A DNA stretch of 63,090 nt, filler included, from Octopus bimaculoides (lineage: Eukaryota): assembly GCF_001194135.2 (NCBI RefSeq). It is 3 parts of 3 records of this genome, joined end to end, with 100 filler letters (N's around TTAATTAATTAA, not from the genome) between each part and the next. Parts side by side here need not be neighbours in the genome. Positions count along the whole stretch, not along the records: positions 50,974 to 63,090 come from NC_068982.1; 2 more parts are not named here. The stretch is one strand, 5' to 3'. Under the pieces are notes generated by a model. The model saw nothing but the letters and a program-made list of their open reading frames with translations, was not told where the DNA came from and searched no databases. The position numbers and the translations under genes are program-made. Shown here in pieces: positions 62,898 through 63,090 of the stretch (position 1 is the first letter of the stretch; the number at the start of each line of letters is the position of its first letter).

Positions 62898-63090
62898 ATC
62901 TCTATGGACAGACGGTAGACGTGTCGGCTCCGTAAGTTTTGCCTTTTTCATGTTTTAAAAAGTTTGTCTGTAAAGTTTATTTTATATAGAAAGTTGTATA
63001 ACAACTTATAGACTCTGTGGTGCAAGTTTTTTGCGACGGAAATCTGCCCTGTGTGGCACATTTCCAGGATTTAAAAATCAATTTCGGCTT

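Overview
AT-rich, repeat-dense animal genomic DNA from a gapped draft assembly. The (CAT)n-tailed RTE 3' ends and the tRNA-like SINE resemble octopus repeats, so Octopus is the likely source (inference). One protein-coding gene can be reconstructed by hand on the minus strand: a 7-coding-exon, 412-aa IL-17-receptor-like type I membrane protein. Its parts are a signal peptide (48285-48365), a 16-nt microexon (44711-44726), three ectodomain exons (41285-41448, 40470-40529, 36292-36400), a transmembrane exon (33017-33145) and a SEFIR exon (28909-29588). All introns are GT-AG with matching phases, giving 1239 nt of open frame. Five of these exons are absent from the ORF track or only partly present in it. 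The ectodomain appears to hold one FnIII-like module, against two in vertebrate IL-17 receptors. The rest is decayed mobile DNA: a near-full-length RTE LINE, many RTE fragments and tails, tRNA-like SINEs, three Penelope-like GIY-YIG remnants (one flanked by inverted repeats), mariner and hAT relics, palindromic MITEs, Helitron-like non-autonomous elements and microsatellites. No rRNA, intact tRNA or CRISPR array was seen. All alignments and counts were done by eye.
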